NCBI GenBank assembly: GCA_002315375.1
Contig: DCHR01000039.1
Span: 1,541 to 65,540 of the forward strand
DNA length: 64,000 bases
Direction: 5' to 3'
DNA from: Treponema sp. UBA1747
Lineage (GTDB): Bacteria > Spirochaetota > Spirochaetia > Treponematales > Treponemataceae
Shown: positions 19,287-27,593 of the stretch, one piece after another
Position numbering within the stretch: position 1 is the stretch's first letter
Layout: every line of letters begins with the position of its first letter
The notes under the pieces: model-generated
What the model was told of the DNA's origin: nothing
What the model saw: the letters and a program-made list of their open reading frames with translations, nothing else
Databases searched by the model: none
Translations under genes and position numbers: made by a program

Positions 19287-20024
19287 ATGCATGATTTAAA
19301 TAAACCAGCTGGTGTTCTGGTAAAAACTACACTTGTAGATTTTCCGGGGCACGTAGCTGCAGCCATCTTTCTGACAGGCTGCAATCTGAGATGCCCGTAT
19401 TGTTACAATACGGGCCTTGTTTTTAATAACGAACCTGTCGAAAACCTGTCCTCAGTAAATGATCTTTTCGAACACCTGGAAAAGAGAAAAAATGTAATTT
19501 CTGCCCTGGCAATTTCAGGTGGAGAACCACTGGTAAATCCATATCTGAAAGACATCATCCAGAAAGCAAAGTCCATGGGATTAAAAATCAAAATGGATAC
19601 AAACGGAATGCTCCCAGACAGACTTGAAGCTTTCATAAAGGACGAAAATCTGAGACCTGATTTCATTGCAATGGACATAAAAACAAGTCCGGACCGTTAC
19701 GCAGAAGAAATGCTTGCCAAACCGATGCCTTCAGAAAAACAGGTTATGGCAGAAGCTCTGAAGCGTTCTGCAAACCTTATAGCATCGTATCCAACCGATT
19801 CCAGGGAATACAGAACGGTTCTGGTTCCAAACCTGGTAACAAAAGAGGATATTAAGAATATTGCGGAAATTCTTCCGGAAGATGCCTCCTGGCAGTTTGC
19901 AGGATTCCGAAACAAAAACTGTCTGAATGAAGCTTACAATAACCTTCCACCCTATCTGGACAGTCAGGTAAACGAGCTGATTGAATATGCTCAAAGTTTG
20001 ATTCCCGGAGCCGCCCTGCGCTGA
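19287..20024 (+). CDS. nrdG: Anaerobic RNR activase (radical SAM)
   Basis: TLVDFPG, GCNLRCPYCYN, ISGGEP, KMDTNG, AMDIK, EYRTV. Confidence 0.93.
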   Translation: MHDLNKPAGVLVKTTLVDFPGHVAAAIFLTGCNLRCPYCYNTGLVFNNEPVENLSSVNDLFEHLEKRKNVISALAISGGEPLVNPYLKDIIQKAKSMGLKIKMDTNGMLPDRLEAFIKDENLRPDFIAMDIKTSPDRYAEEMLAKPMPSEKQVMAEALKRSANLIASYPTDSREYRTVLVPNLVTKEDIKNIAEILPEDASWQFAGFRNKNCLNEAYNNLPPYLDSQVNELIEYAQSLIPGAALR

Positions 20025-20078
20025 CAAGGAAACCTCAGGGAATCTCCGAAAATATTTACAAAAACAAATAATTCGGTA

Positions 20079-20107
20079 TTGACACAAAAAAGCGAAAATG
20101 ATAATCT
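20079..20107 (+). promoter_or_regulatory. sigma70 promoter of the tRNA
   Basis: TTGACA-17-TAATCT with TGn extension. Confidence 0.7.
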
Positions 20108-20119
20108 AATAACACTTTC

Positions 20120-20192
20120 GGTGCCTTAGCTCAGTCGGTAGAGCACACGGCTCATATCCGTGATGTCGTAGGTTCAATCCCCACAGGCACTA
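20120..20192 (+). tRNA. tRNA with CAU anticodon (elongator Met or Ile2); CCA not encoded
   Basis: Acceptor GGTGCCT/AGGCACT, D arm GCTC/GAGC, anticodon arm CACGG-CTCATAT-CCGTG, T loop TTCAATC. Confidence 0.95.
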
Positions 20193-20194
20193 CT

Positions 20195-20224
20195 AACCGG
20201 AAACTTAAGTTTCCGGTTTTTTTT
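20195..20224 (+). terminator. Intrinsic terminator of the tRNA gene
   Basis: AACCGGAAAC-TTAA-GTTTCCGGTT followed by a T-run. Confidence 0.85.
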
Positions 20225-20282
20225 ATTTAACCCGTTTTTTAAAACAAACAAAACAACAGGACTCCGCACCATTCTCTATAAC

Positions 20283-20310
20283 AAAAAAAAGCAGTTCCCG
20301 AAGGACCTGC
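20283..20310 (-). terminator. Intrinsic terminator of the lipoprotein gene
   Basis: GC-rich hairpin 20291-20310 followed by T8 on the minus strand. Confidence 0.7.
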
Positions 20311-20349
20311 CTTGTAACAAAACTGAATATAAACTAACTAAAATCTCTT

Positions 20350-21216
20350 TTATTCTTCGTCAGAAACATCCTCTACTTCTTCATCCTCTGAATCGTCAAA
20401 ATATTCATCTTCACTCTGGTATTCACCATAAAGTTCACGTTCATACTGCTGGTAGAAGTTTTCGATTGAATCTTTTGAGAGTGCATCTATTGCCATGCGG
20501 CACTGGGCTTTTGTAAAGAAATAATTAAGACGTGTAGAGAATACAACATCACTTACATCATTGATTCCCTCTGTAACACTTTCATTTGGAACAGAGTCAA
20601 TTGTAATTGTAAAGTAAGGAGAATTGTCCACAAATTTATATCCGAGTAAAACAGGAACTTTCTGTGCAAAGTATGGAGTATTTGATTTTATTCCGCCCCA
20701 GCGGATATAGGCATTAACTTTTCCGTATGCCTTGAAAGATTTTCTGTCATCACGGGAAAGTTTTTTATTTTCAAAATCTTTGAAATATCTGTTCATTGCC
20801 CCGGTATAATTAATCCGGTTCTGATCGTCAAAAGTAATGTAATAATAGGCGGCCATATACTGGCTTCCAAAACCTGCTGTATCTTTTTTAGGATAAAGCA
20901 CAAAATCACAGGCAGTCTGATTCAAGCCGCCGAAAACTTTGGTTGTAAAAAGAGAACCGTCACCCATTACGATGAAATTTGAAGAAAACAAATCTTTGAA
21001 AAAATTTCCTGAAGATTTTTTCTTTATATTTTTATTCGAAATTTCGGTTGAAGAATCATAATCGTCATTATCATCGCTATAAGTATCTTCAAAAGCTGGA
21101 ATTTCATAAGAATCTTCATTTTCTGAACTTTTTACAGGTTCATTTTTAGAAGATGCACAGGATGCCAGAACCAGTGATAATGCGGTTACAAAAACCACTT
21201 TTTTTATACATTTCAT
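20350..21216 (-). CDS. Putative lipoprotein
   Basis: Signal peptide with LASC lipobox; acidic linker and acidic tail. Confidence 0.75.
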   Translation of the reverse strand: MKCIKKVVFVTALSLVLASCASSKNEPVKSSENEDSYEIPAFEDTYSDDNDDYDSSTEISNKNIKKKSSGNFFKDLFSSNFIVMGDGSLFTTKVFGGLNQTACDFVLYPKKDTAGFGSQYMAAYYYITFDDQNRINYTGAMNRYFKDFENKKLSRDDRKSFKAYGKVNAYIRWGGIKSNTPYFAQKVPVLLGYKFVDNSPYFTITIDSVPNESVTEGINDVSDVVFSTRLNYFFTKAQCRMAIDALSKDSIENFYQQYERELYGEYQSEDEYFDDSEDEEVEDVSDEE

Positions 21217-21335
21217 TTATTTTTCCCTTTCAATAAGTTTCAATATAATAATCCTATTTTACCGATTTTGTTACATAAAAAAAAGTGTTGTTAAAAGAGG
21301 TAAAAGAAACTATAATCGAAATATTGAGGTTAATT

Positions 21336-21761
21336 ATGAAAAAAATGTTTCTGGTTTTGATTTTGATTTCTTCTGTCTGTCTGTGCGGCTTTGCTGGAAC
21401 AAGATCTGAAACCCCGGAAGAAGGCTGGTCTTCTTTATCTTACGAAAATATTCCTGTTTTAAAAGTAATGGAAAGCCGTGAAGGATATGTAATTATCTAC
21501 CAGAAAAATAAAATTGGTGTTGGAAGTACTGTTATTCCTAAATCATGGGCAAAAGGAAATCCTGATGAACCAAGAAAACTTAAGTTCAGAAACCTTAAAT
21601 CAGGAATTGTAAAACCTTACATGACTGTTATTAAAAAAGACGGTGAATTCCATCGTGTTATTCTGAATCTTCCTACAAGTAAAACAAATACTGTCTGGGG
21701 AAGCTTAAAAGAAATAAAAGAAGGTCTGGATAAAACAAATCTGGATGACATCAAACTCTAG
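21336..21761 (+). CDS. Exported hypothetical protein
   Basis: Start reassigned to MKKMFLVLILISSVCLCGFA with GAGG SD; terminator downstream. Confidence 0.7.
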   Translation: MKKMFLVLILISSVCLCGFAGTRSETPEEGWSSLSYENIPVLKVMESREGYVIIYQKNKIGVGSTVIPKSWAKGNPDEPRKLKFRNLKSGIVKPYMTVIKKDGEFHRVILNLPTSKTNTVWGSLKEIKEGLDKTNLDDIKL

Positions 21762-21789
21762 TAACTAAATCCAAAAACAATTAAAATAC

Positions 21790-21815
21790 AGGAACTGCAC
21801 TGCAGTTCCTTTTTT
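21790..21815 (+). terminator. Intrinsic terminator
   Basis: AGGAACTGCA/TGCAGTTCCT followed by a T-run. Confidence 0.75.
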
Positions 21816-21844
21816 ATTTAACTATTTTTTTTAAGGGAAAAACA

Positions 21845-22840
21845 ATGAAAATCATCCAGCAAAAAGACACTGATAATCTTCTGAATTTCATCCAAAACCA
21901 CGATTTCTTTTTCGTAGCAGGTCATAAGGAACCGGATGGAGACTGTATGGCTTCCTGCGTTGGAATAGCATCTATTCTGGACCATTTTAAGAAACCTTAC
22001 CAGCTTCTTTCTGCAGGTCCTTTCAAACGAAATGAAATAAAAGAATTTGAACCTCTTTTTTCAGATACCATGGAATTTCAGACTCAAAACGAAAGAGATA
22101 AAACTGGTCTGATTATTACTGACTGTTCTGAAATTTCACGCCTTGGAGAAATAGACGGAGACCTCAAAGGCTTTGATACATTTATCATCGACCATCACAA
22201 AACCTCAGATACTCAGGATGATGCAGAAAACAAGCTTTCATTCGTGGATTCTCAATCTCCTGCATGTGCCATTATAATCCAACAGTTTTATGAAAAACTG
22301 GTCGGCCCTCTTCCAAAAGACCTGGCAGAAACAATTTTTTTTGGTTTTTGTACAGACACCGGATATTTCAGATTCATAGATGACACACAAAGCGAAAGCA
22401 TAAGCTGTGCTTCACGACTGGTTGAATATGGAGCAAACCCAAAGAAAACCTATCAGAAAATAAATTCCGGAAAACCTTACTCTACAAGAAAACTTCTGGG
22501 AATTCTTCTGTCCAGAGCAGAACGTTACCTGGACGGGAAACTGGTTATTACCTATGAAACTATGAATGACACAAAACAGTATGGTCAGGAAGGCCGTGAT
22601 TCTGATGCACTTTACCAGCTCCTTTTATCATCTGAAGGAATTGAAGCTGCAGTATTTCTCAGACAGGAAAGCGATAATTCCTGCACCGGTGGTTTCCGCA
22701 GCCAGGATAAAATTGATGTAAGTATCGTCGCTTCAAAATTCGGCGGAGGCGGTCATAAAAACGCTTCAGGCATGAGTTGTGAAGGCCGTGTCGAAAACCT
22801 TATTCCTCAGATTATAAAAGAGTTTGCCAGAATCATGTAA
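21845..22840 (+). CDS. DHH/DHHA1 phosphoesterase (NrnA-like nanoRNase/pAp phosphatase)
   Basis: GHKEPDGDC, IIDHH, TDTGYF, GGGGHKNASG. Confidence 0.92.
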   Translation: MKIIQQKDTDNLLNFIQNHDFFFVAGHKEPDGDCMASCVGIASILDHFKKPYQLLSAGPFKRNEIKEFEPLFSDTMEFQTQNERDKTGLIITDCSEISRLGEIDGDLKGFDTFIIDHHKTSDTQDDAENKLSFVDSQSPACAIIIQQFYEKLVGPLPKDLAETIFFGFCTDTGYFRFIDDTQSESISCASRLVEYGANPKKTYQKINSGKPYSTRKLLGILLSRAERYLDGKLVITYETMNDTKQYGQEGRDSDALYQLLLSSEGIEAAVFLRQESDNSCTGGFRSQDKIDVSIVASKFGGGGHKNASGMSCEGRVENLIPQIIKEFARIM

Positions 22841-22948
22841 TCGCTAAGGGATTTTCCCTTTAATTTTGAAAAAATCAAACATTTTTCTTTACCTGTTTTT
22901 TTATCCTTCCGAAATACAGAATAAATACAACCTGCGGTTGATTTAAAA

Positions 22949-23902
22949 ATGTATAATAAAGGAGGATTCAATATGGACATGAGGCTCTACATTGATGAAC
23001 TTTACGAGAAGGTTTCCAGAAAGGAAATTACAACGGATTACGCTGTGGAACAAATCGCTGTCGCAATACAAACGGACTTTCCATTGTTCAAACTACAAAG
23101 ATATGATGAAGATATAAGGTCTTCTGTGGTTCTGGCTTTTCTAAAAAACGGTTACAGCCTGTTTGAACGTTTCGATTTTGAATACGGAAGTACTTTTCAT
23201 AACTACGTTATTTCCTTTGTAAAAGGTCTGGCACTTACGGAAAAGAAAATGCAGGCCATTGAAAAAATCAGGGAAAAAGTAGATTTTATTTATTCCCAGG
23301 AAAATTATTCTACAGAAAGTCAAAAATACAGTTTTTCAATTGCGGTGGAAAATAACCGCCTGTTACCTTACGAAGCTCCGGAATCAGTAGAAATCTTTAA
23401 GCCTAAAAAAATCCTTACACCAAAAGAATTCATGCAGATACGCACCTCAAATGTTTTTGCAAAACCTACCCTTGTCATCGCACTCCGCTCCTGCTTTGAT
23501 ATTACCGACACAATGATTGAAACAATCTGCAGTGAATACAATCTGAACTCAGACATAGTTTATAAAGATATTCAGGATCTTAAAAACAGCCGCTATGAAC
23601 TGTTCCAGCGTCACAAGGAACTGATTCTTTCCCGAAACGAAGCCTTTTCCAATAGACGCCGTTACAGTCCTGATATAGCGGATTACGAGGAATCTACGGA
23701 AAACCTGCAGGAAACCTATAAAGCAAGATATGAACACAGCACTGAATTATGGATAAAAAGAAATGCATCACTTAAAAAAGGTAAATTTCATTACTTCCCT
23801 TCCAATGAAATGATTGCTGAAAAACTGGGTATTTGTCCGCGTCAGGTGGGATATTATATTTCCCGTGCAAAAGAACTGTTCGGTCAGGCCGAAGAAGAAT
23901 AA
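22949..23902 (+). CDS. Hypothetical protein with a sigma region 2-like segment and C-terminal HTH
   Basis: FERFDFEYGSTFHNYVISFVKG and PSNEMIAEKLGICPRQVGYYISRAKE; true start may be near 22973 (GGAGG SD). Confidence 0.6.
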   Translation: MYNKGGFNMDMRLYIDELYEKVSRKEITTDYAVEQIAVAIQTDFPLFKLQRYDEDIRSSVVLAFLKNGYSLFERFDFEYGSTFHNYVISFVKGLALTEKKMQAIEKIREKVDFIYSQENYSTESQKYSFSIAVENNRLLPYEAPESVEIFKPKKILTPKEFMQIRTSNVFAKPTLVIALRSCFDITDTMIETICSEYNLNSDIVYKDIQDLKNSRYELFQRHKELILSRNEAFSNRRRYSPDIADYEESTENLQETYKARYEHSTELWIKRNASLKKGKFHYFPSNEMIAEKLGICPRQVGYYISRAKELFGQAEEE

Positions 23903-24004
23903 AAAAAACAGGTCCTTTTGAAAAGTCAAACCAGGCTTGCTTTCAAAAGGATCTTCAGTTTTTCCCTAGTGGAAAGCCTGGAAGAAAACTGTTATATTTT
24001 TTAT

Positions 24005-24661
24005 ATGAAGATTTATTTAGCAACCGGAAACAAACATAAAAAAAAGGAAATGGCGGAACTACTTCCCGACCATGAAATTGTAATTCCAAGCGACGAAGGA
24101 ATTGCATTTGACCCGGATGAAACAGGAACAACTTTTTACGAAAACTCGATTATTAAAGCAAAAGCTTTATATGATATTGTACATGCTCCTGTTATAGCAG
24201 ATGATTCAGGCATTTGTGTCGATGCCCTTAACGGACGCCCGGGAATCTATTCATCACGCTATGCAGGTCCTGATTTTCCCCAGGGGAAGCCAGACGGCAC
24301 CAAAATCAGTCAGGAAGAACAGAATGTATTCCTTATTGAAGAATTAAACGAAGCCTTAAAAAATCCAGATCCAAAACATGAAAATTACGTTCATGGTCCC
24401 CGCTCCTGTCATTACACCTGTGCATTTGTTCTCTATTTAGGTGGAGACCGTTTATATGTAGTCCAGGAAACATTCGAAGGAACATTAATAGAAGATATTT
24501 CTATGCAGGCTGGAAACGGAGGTTTCGGATATGATCCGATTGTCTACCTTCCGGAATATAAAAAAACAGTAGCACAGATAACTGCTGATGAAAAAAACGC
24601 AATTTCCCACCGGGGAAAAGCAGTCCTTGCAATGAAAGGAATAATAAACAACCTTTCTTAA
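24005..24661 (+). CDS. rdgB: Non-canonical purine NTP pyrophosphatase (RdgB/HAM1)
   Basis: ATGNKHK, ADDSG, GFGYDP, KNAISHRGKA; start reassigned to MKIYLAT. Confidence 0.94.
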   Translation: MKIYLATGNKHKKKEMAELLPDHEIVIPSDEGIAFDPDETGTTFYENSIIKAKALYDIVHAPVIADDSGICVDALNGRPGIYSSRYAGPDFPQGKPDGTKISQEEQNVFLIEELNEALKNPDPKHENYVHGPRSCHYTCAFVLYLGGDRLYVVQETFEGTLIEDISMQAGNGGFGYDPIVYLPEYKKTVAQITADEKNAISHRGKAVLAMKGIINNLS

Positions 24662-24675
24662 TCTTCCTTCAACAC

Positions 24676-24702
24676 AAAGGGCGGTAGACACCGCCCTTTT
24701 TT
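24676..24702 (+). terminator. Intrinsic terminator
   Basis: AAAGGGCGGT-AGAC-ACCGCCCTTT followed by a T-run. Confidence 0.85.
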
Positions 24703-24791
24703 ATTGACTGAATAAGGGTTATTCTTGATTACCGAAGCTACCATATTCCCATAAATAAATCATATTTTTTTAATTTTTCTAAAAAAAATAT

Positions 24792-24819
24792 TAAAGTTTT
24801 ATTAAGATTTCGCCGATAA
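24792..24819 (+). promoter_or_regulatory. sigma28 promoter of the first flagellin
   Basis: TAAA-N16-GCCGATAA. Confidence 0.85.
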
Positions 24820-24930
24820 ATAATCAGAATCGTAATGACTGTGTCGACTTCGCTGAAGCAGCGGTCAGCGTTTCTCGCAAAGATGTGTAGATGTAGCCTT
24901 GTAAACATTTGCACATTTTTGCAATCTTTT

Positions 24931-24970
24931 GGGAAAACGGATTTTCCCTTCTACATATTCCAAGGAGGAA
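24931..24970 (+). promoter_or_regulatory. CsrA-type binding sites in the flaB leader
   Basis: Hairpin GGGAAAA-CGGA-TTTTCCC with GGA in the loop, plus AAGGA overlapping the SD. Confidence 0.7.
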
Positions 24971-24974
24971 TACT

Positions 24975-25829
24975 ATGGTTATCAACCACAACATGTCGGC
25001 TATTTTTGCCAACCGCCAGCTGGGAGTTACAGGACTCGATCTCGACAAAAACATGGAGAAACTGTCTTCCGGTCAGAGAATCAATCGTGCAGGAGACGAT
25101 GCATCAGGACTCGCAGTATCTGAAAAGATGCGCAGCCAGATCAGAGGTCTGAATCAGGCTTCACAGAACGCTTCTAACGGTATCAGCTTCATCCAGACAA
25201 CAGAAGGTTATCTGAATGAAACAACAGATATCCTCCAGCGTATCCGCGAACTTGCAGTTCAGTCTTCAAACGGTATCTACTCTTCTGAAGATCGTATGCA
25301 GATTCAGGTTGAAATTTCTTCACTTGTATCTGAAGTTGACCGCATTGCTTCTTCAGCTCAGTTCAACGGTATGAATATGCTCACAGGTCGTTTTGCACAG
25401 TCAATTGGAGAAAACACAGTAACTTCATCTATGTGGTTCCATATTGGTGCAAACATGGATCAGAGAACTCAGGTTTTCATCGGTACAATGAGTGCTACAG
25501 CACTTGGACTCATTGCAGGTGAAGAAAAACTGAATCTCGAAACACCGGAAGATGCCAACCGTGCAATCGGCGTTATCGACGAAGGACTTAAAAAGATCAA
25601 CAAACAGAGAGCTGATCTTGGTGCTTACCAGAACCGCCTCGAATTCACTGTAAAAGGATTGAACATCGCTTCAGAAAACATGCAGGCTTCTGAATCACGT
25701 ATCCGTGACACAGACATGGCCGGAATGATGGTAGATTTCACAAAGAACTCTATCCTTCAGCAGGCAGGAACAGCAATGCTCGCTCAGGCAAACAGCCAGA
25801 GCCAGAATGTACTGAGTCTGCTTCGCTAA
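24975..25829 (+). CDS. flaB: Flagellar filament core protein FlaB, copy 1
   Basis: [48 protein letters not shown]. Confidence 0.97.
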   Translation: MVINHNMSAIFANRQLGVTGLDLDKNMEKLSSGQRINRAGDDASGLAVSEKMRSQIRGLNQASQNASNGISFIQTTEGYLNETTDILQRIRELAVQSSNGIYSSEDRMQIQVEISSLVSEVDRIASSAQFNGMNMLTGRFAQSIGENTVTSSMWFHIGANMDQRTQVFIGTMSATALGLIAGEEKLNLETPEDANRAIGVIDEGLKKINKQRADLGAYQNRLEFTVKGLNIASENMQASESRIRDTDMAGMMVDFTKNSILQQAGTAMLAQANSQSQNVLSLLR

Positions 25830-25847
25830 ACAAAAGCGTTTTCATTC

Positions 25848-25876
25848 TTGTATTAGATGAATTAGTATTATATAAT
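25848..25876 (+). promoter_or_regulatory. Candidate sigma70 promoter of the second flagellin
   Basis: TTGTAT-17-TATAAT just after the stop of flaB copy 1. Confidence 0.6.
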
Positions 25877-26042
25877 ATCAGAAGCATGGAGATATTTGAT
25901 ATATTTCCGTGCTTTTGATATTGCACGGTGTTTCTCTACCCTATTTTTTTTACATACAAACACCCGTAAAATTGAAAAAAATGACACGCTTTCAGATGTG
26001 TCTTGTTCTTTGATATCTGTGTCTTTCTGTTACTGCAGGAGA

Positions 26043-26109
26043 CGGCAGGAAAAATATGTCAGTTTATACTGTTTTTAGTATATTTATTACAGACATATTT
26101 TTCCTGCCG
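26043..26109 (+). repeat. 18-bp perfect inverted repeat between the two flaB genes
   Basis: CGGCAGGAAAAATATGTC (26043-26060) and GACATATTTTTCCTGCCG (26092-26109). Confidence 0.9.
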
Positions 26110-26215
26110 AATCAGGTCTGAAACTGCTTTGGGGGCGCAAAACCAGGGCAGCCTTTTCCTGCAGGAAACCGAAACATGATGTTTCCGTTTTTAAGTAAAC
26201 ATGGAGGGCACAACT

Positions 26216-27064
26216 ATGATTATTAATCACAATATGAGTTCGCTCTATGCTGATCGTGTATTGAACATTTCTAATGATTCAATCATGAAAAACATGGAAA
26301 AACTCTCATCTGGCGAACGCATCAATCGCGCAGGTGACGACGCTTCAGGACTGGCAGTATCAGAAAAAATGAGAAGCCAGATTCGCGGTCTGAACCAGGC
26401 TAGCCAGAACATTCAGAATGGAATTTCTTTCATTCAGACAACTGAAGGATACCTGAACGAAACAACAGATATTCTCCAGCGCATCCGCGAACTGGCTGTA
26501 CAGTCAGCAAACGGTATTTACAGCGACGAAGACCGCATGCAGATTCAGGTAGAAGTTTCACAGCTTGTAGCTGAAGTTGACCGCGTTGCTTCACACGCTC
26601 AGTTCAACGGTATGAACATGCTTACAGGTCGTTTCGCTTCAGGAACAGACGAAGTAATGATGTTCCAGATTGGTGCAAACATGGATCAGAATACTCGTGT
26701 ATACGTAGGAACAATGAGTGCAACAGCTCTTGGTCTTAAAGGCGCACAGGGTGATGATTCACAGATCGCTATTTCAACACCAGAAGATGCAAACCTGGTA
26801 CTTGGTACAATTGACGAAGCTCTTAAAAATGTAAACAAACAGAGAGCTGACCTCGGTGCTTACCAGAACCGCTTCGAACTGGCTGCTAAAGGCATTAACA
26901 TTGCTGCTGAAAACACACAGGCTTCTGAATCACGTATCCGTGATACAGACATGGCTTCACAGATGGTTGACTACACTAAGAACGCCATCCTTACACAGGC
27001 CGGAACAGCTATGCTGGCACAGGCAAACGCTCAGTCACAGAACGTTCTTGCTCTGCTTCAGTAG
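26216..27064 (+). CDS. flaB: Flagellar filament core protein FlaB, copy 2
   Basis: MIINHNMS start with GGAGG SD; conserved flagellin N- and C-terminal domains. Confidence 0.97.
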   Translation: MIINHNMSSLYADRVLNISNDSIMKNMEKLSSGERINRAGDDASGLAVSEKMRSQIRGLNQASQNIQNGISFIQTTEGYLNETTDILQRIRELAVQSANGIYSDEDRMQIQVEVSQLVAEVDRVASHAQFNGMNMLTGRFASGTDEVMMFQIGANMDQNTRVYVGTMSATALGLKGAQGDDSQIAISTPEDANLVLGTIDEALKNVNKQRADLGAYQNRFELAAKGINIAAENTQASESRIRDTDMASQMVDYTKNAILTQAGTAMLAQANAQSQNVLALLQ

Positions 27065-27109
27065 TAATCAAAGTCAAAGAGATTTCTGGATGTCATCTTT
27101 TTGACAAAA

Positions 27110-27151
27110 TAGATCAGGAGGGGTGCGCCCCCCTCTTGGTTTATCTTTTTT
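27110..27151 (+). terminator. Intrinsic terminator after flaB copy 2
   Basis: AGATCAGGAGGGG/CCCCTCTTGGTTT stem with G-U pairs, followed by a T-run. Confidence 0.65.
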
Positions 27152-27160
27152 AAGAAAACA

Positions 27161-27192
27161 TTTCCCAAGGATGGGAAATTCGAGCAGGAGGA
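27161..27192 (+). promoter_or_regulatory. CsrA-type sites upstream of flaG
   Basis: Hairpin TTTCCCA-AGGA-TGGGAAA plus CAGGAGG SD. Confidence 0.65.
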
Positions 27193-27196
27193 ACCT

Positions 27197-27565
27197 ATGA
27201 ACACAATCAATTCGTCGGTTTCATCACTGACCATGGAAGGTCAGAAAATATACGCCGCTAAGGCCGAAAGCCCTAAGCCGGTTGTAAAATCTCCTGTTAT
27301 ACAATCAGGAGCAGAAGTTGCCCAAAGTATCGAAAAAAACCTGGCAGACTTTAAAGCTGATATTCAGCAGCTTGAAAAAATGTCAGAAGTTACTTCAGGC
27401 AGAAAATTACAGTTTAATGTTAATAAGGAATTAAATACTGTCATTGTACGTATTGTGGATTCTAACACCAATCAGGTTGTAAAACAGATTCCTTCGGAAG
27501 ATATGGTTAAACTCAAAACCAGAATCCGGAAAGCAATAGGTTCCATGTATGACAAAATGATTTGA
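27197..27565 (+). CDS. flaG: Flagellar protein FlaG
   Basis: LQFNVNKELNTVIVRIVDSNTNQVVKQIPSED; lies between flaB and fliD. Confidence 0.92.
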   Translation: MNTINSSVSSLTMEGQKIYAAKAESPKPVVKSPVIQSGAEVAQSIEKNLADFKADIQQLEKMSEVTSGRKLQFNVNKELNTVIVRIVDSNTNQVVKQIPSEDMVKLKTRIRKAIGSMYDKMI

Positions 27566-27593
27566 TTTTTTATAAACATCAAATTACAAAAAT

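Noticed and set aside
20120-21216. tRNA as an integration site for a genomic island
   Set aside because: No integrase, no duplicated tRNA 3' end and no obvious compositional break nearby
25896-26078. 60-aa ORF between the flagellins
   Set aside because: TTG start, no recognisable motif, and it overlaps the structured leader
26120-26155. c-di-GMP-I riboswitch suggested by GGGCGCAAAACC...GGCAGCC
   Set aside because: The GGCAAAC/GAAA-tetraloop P2 and a full P3 are missing, and the segment folds as a simple hairpin; an Rfam scan would be decisive
24975-27064. Near-identical stretches shared by the two flaB genes as a repeat or phase-variation system
   Set aside because: Explained by ordinary flagellin paralog conservation; no recombinase or inversion sites seen
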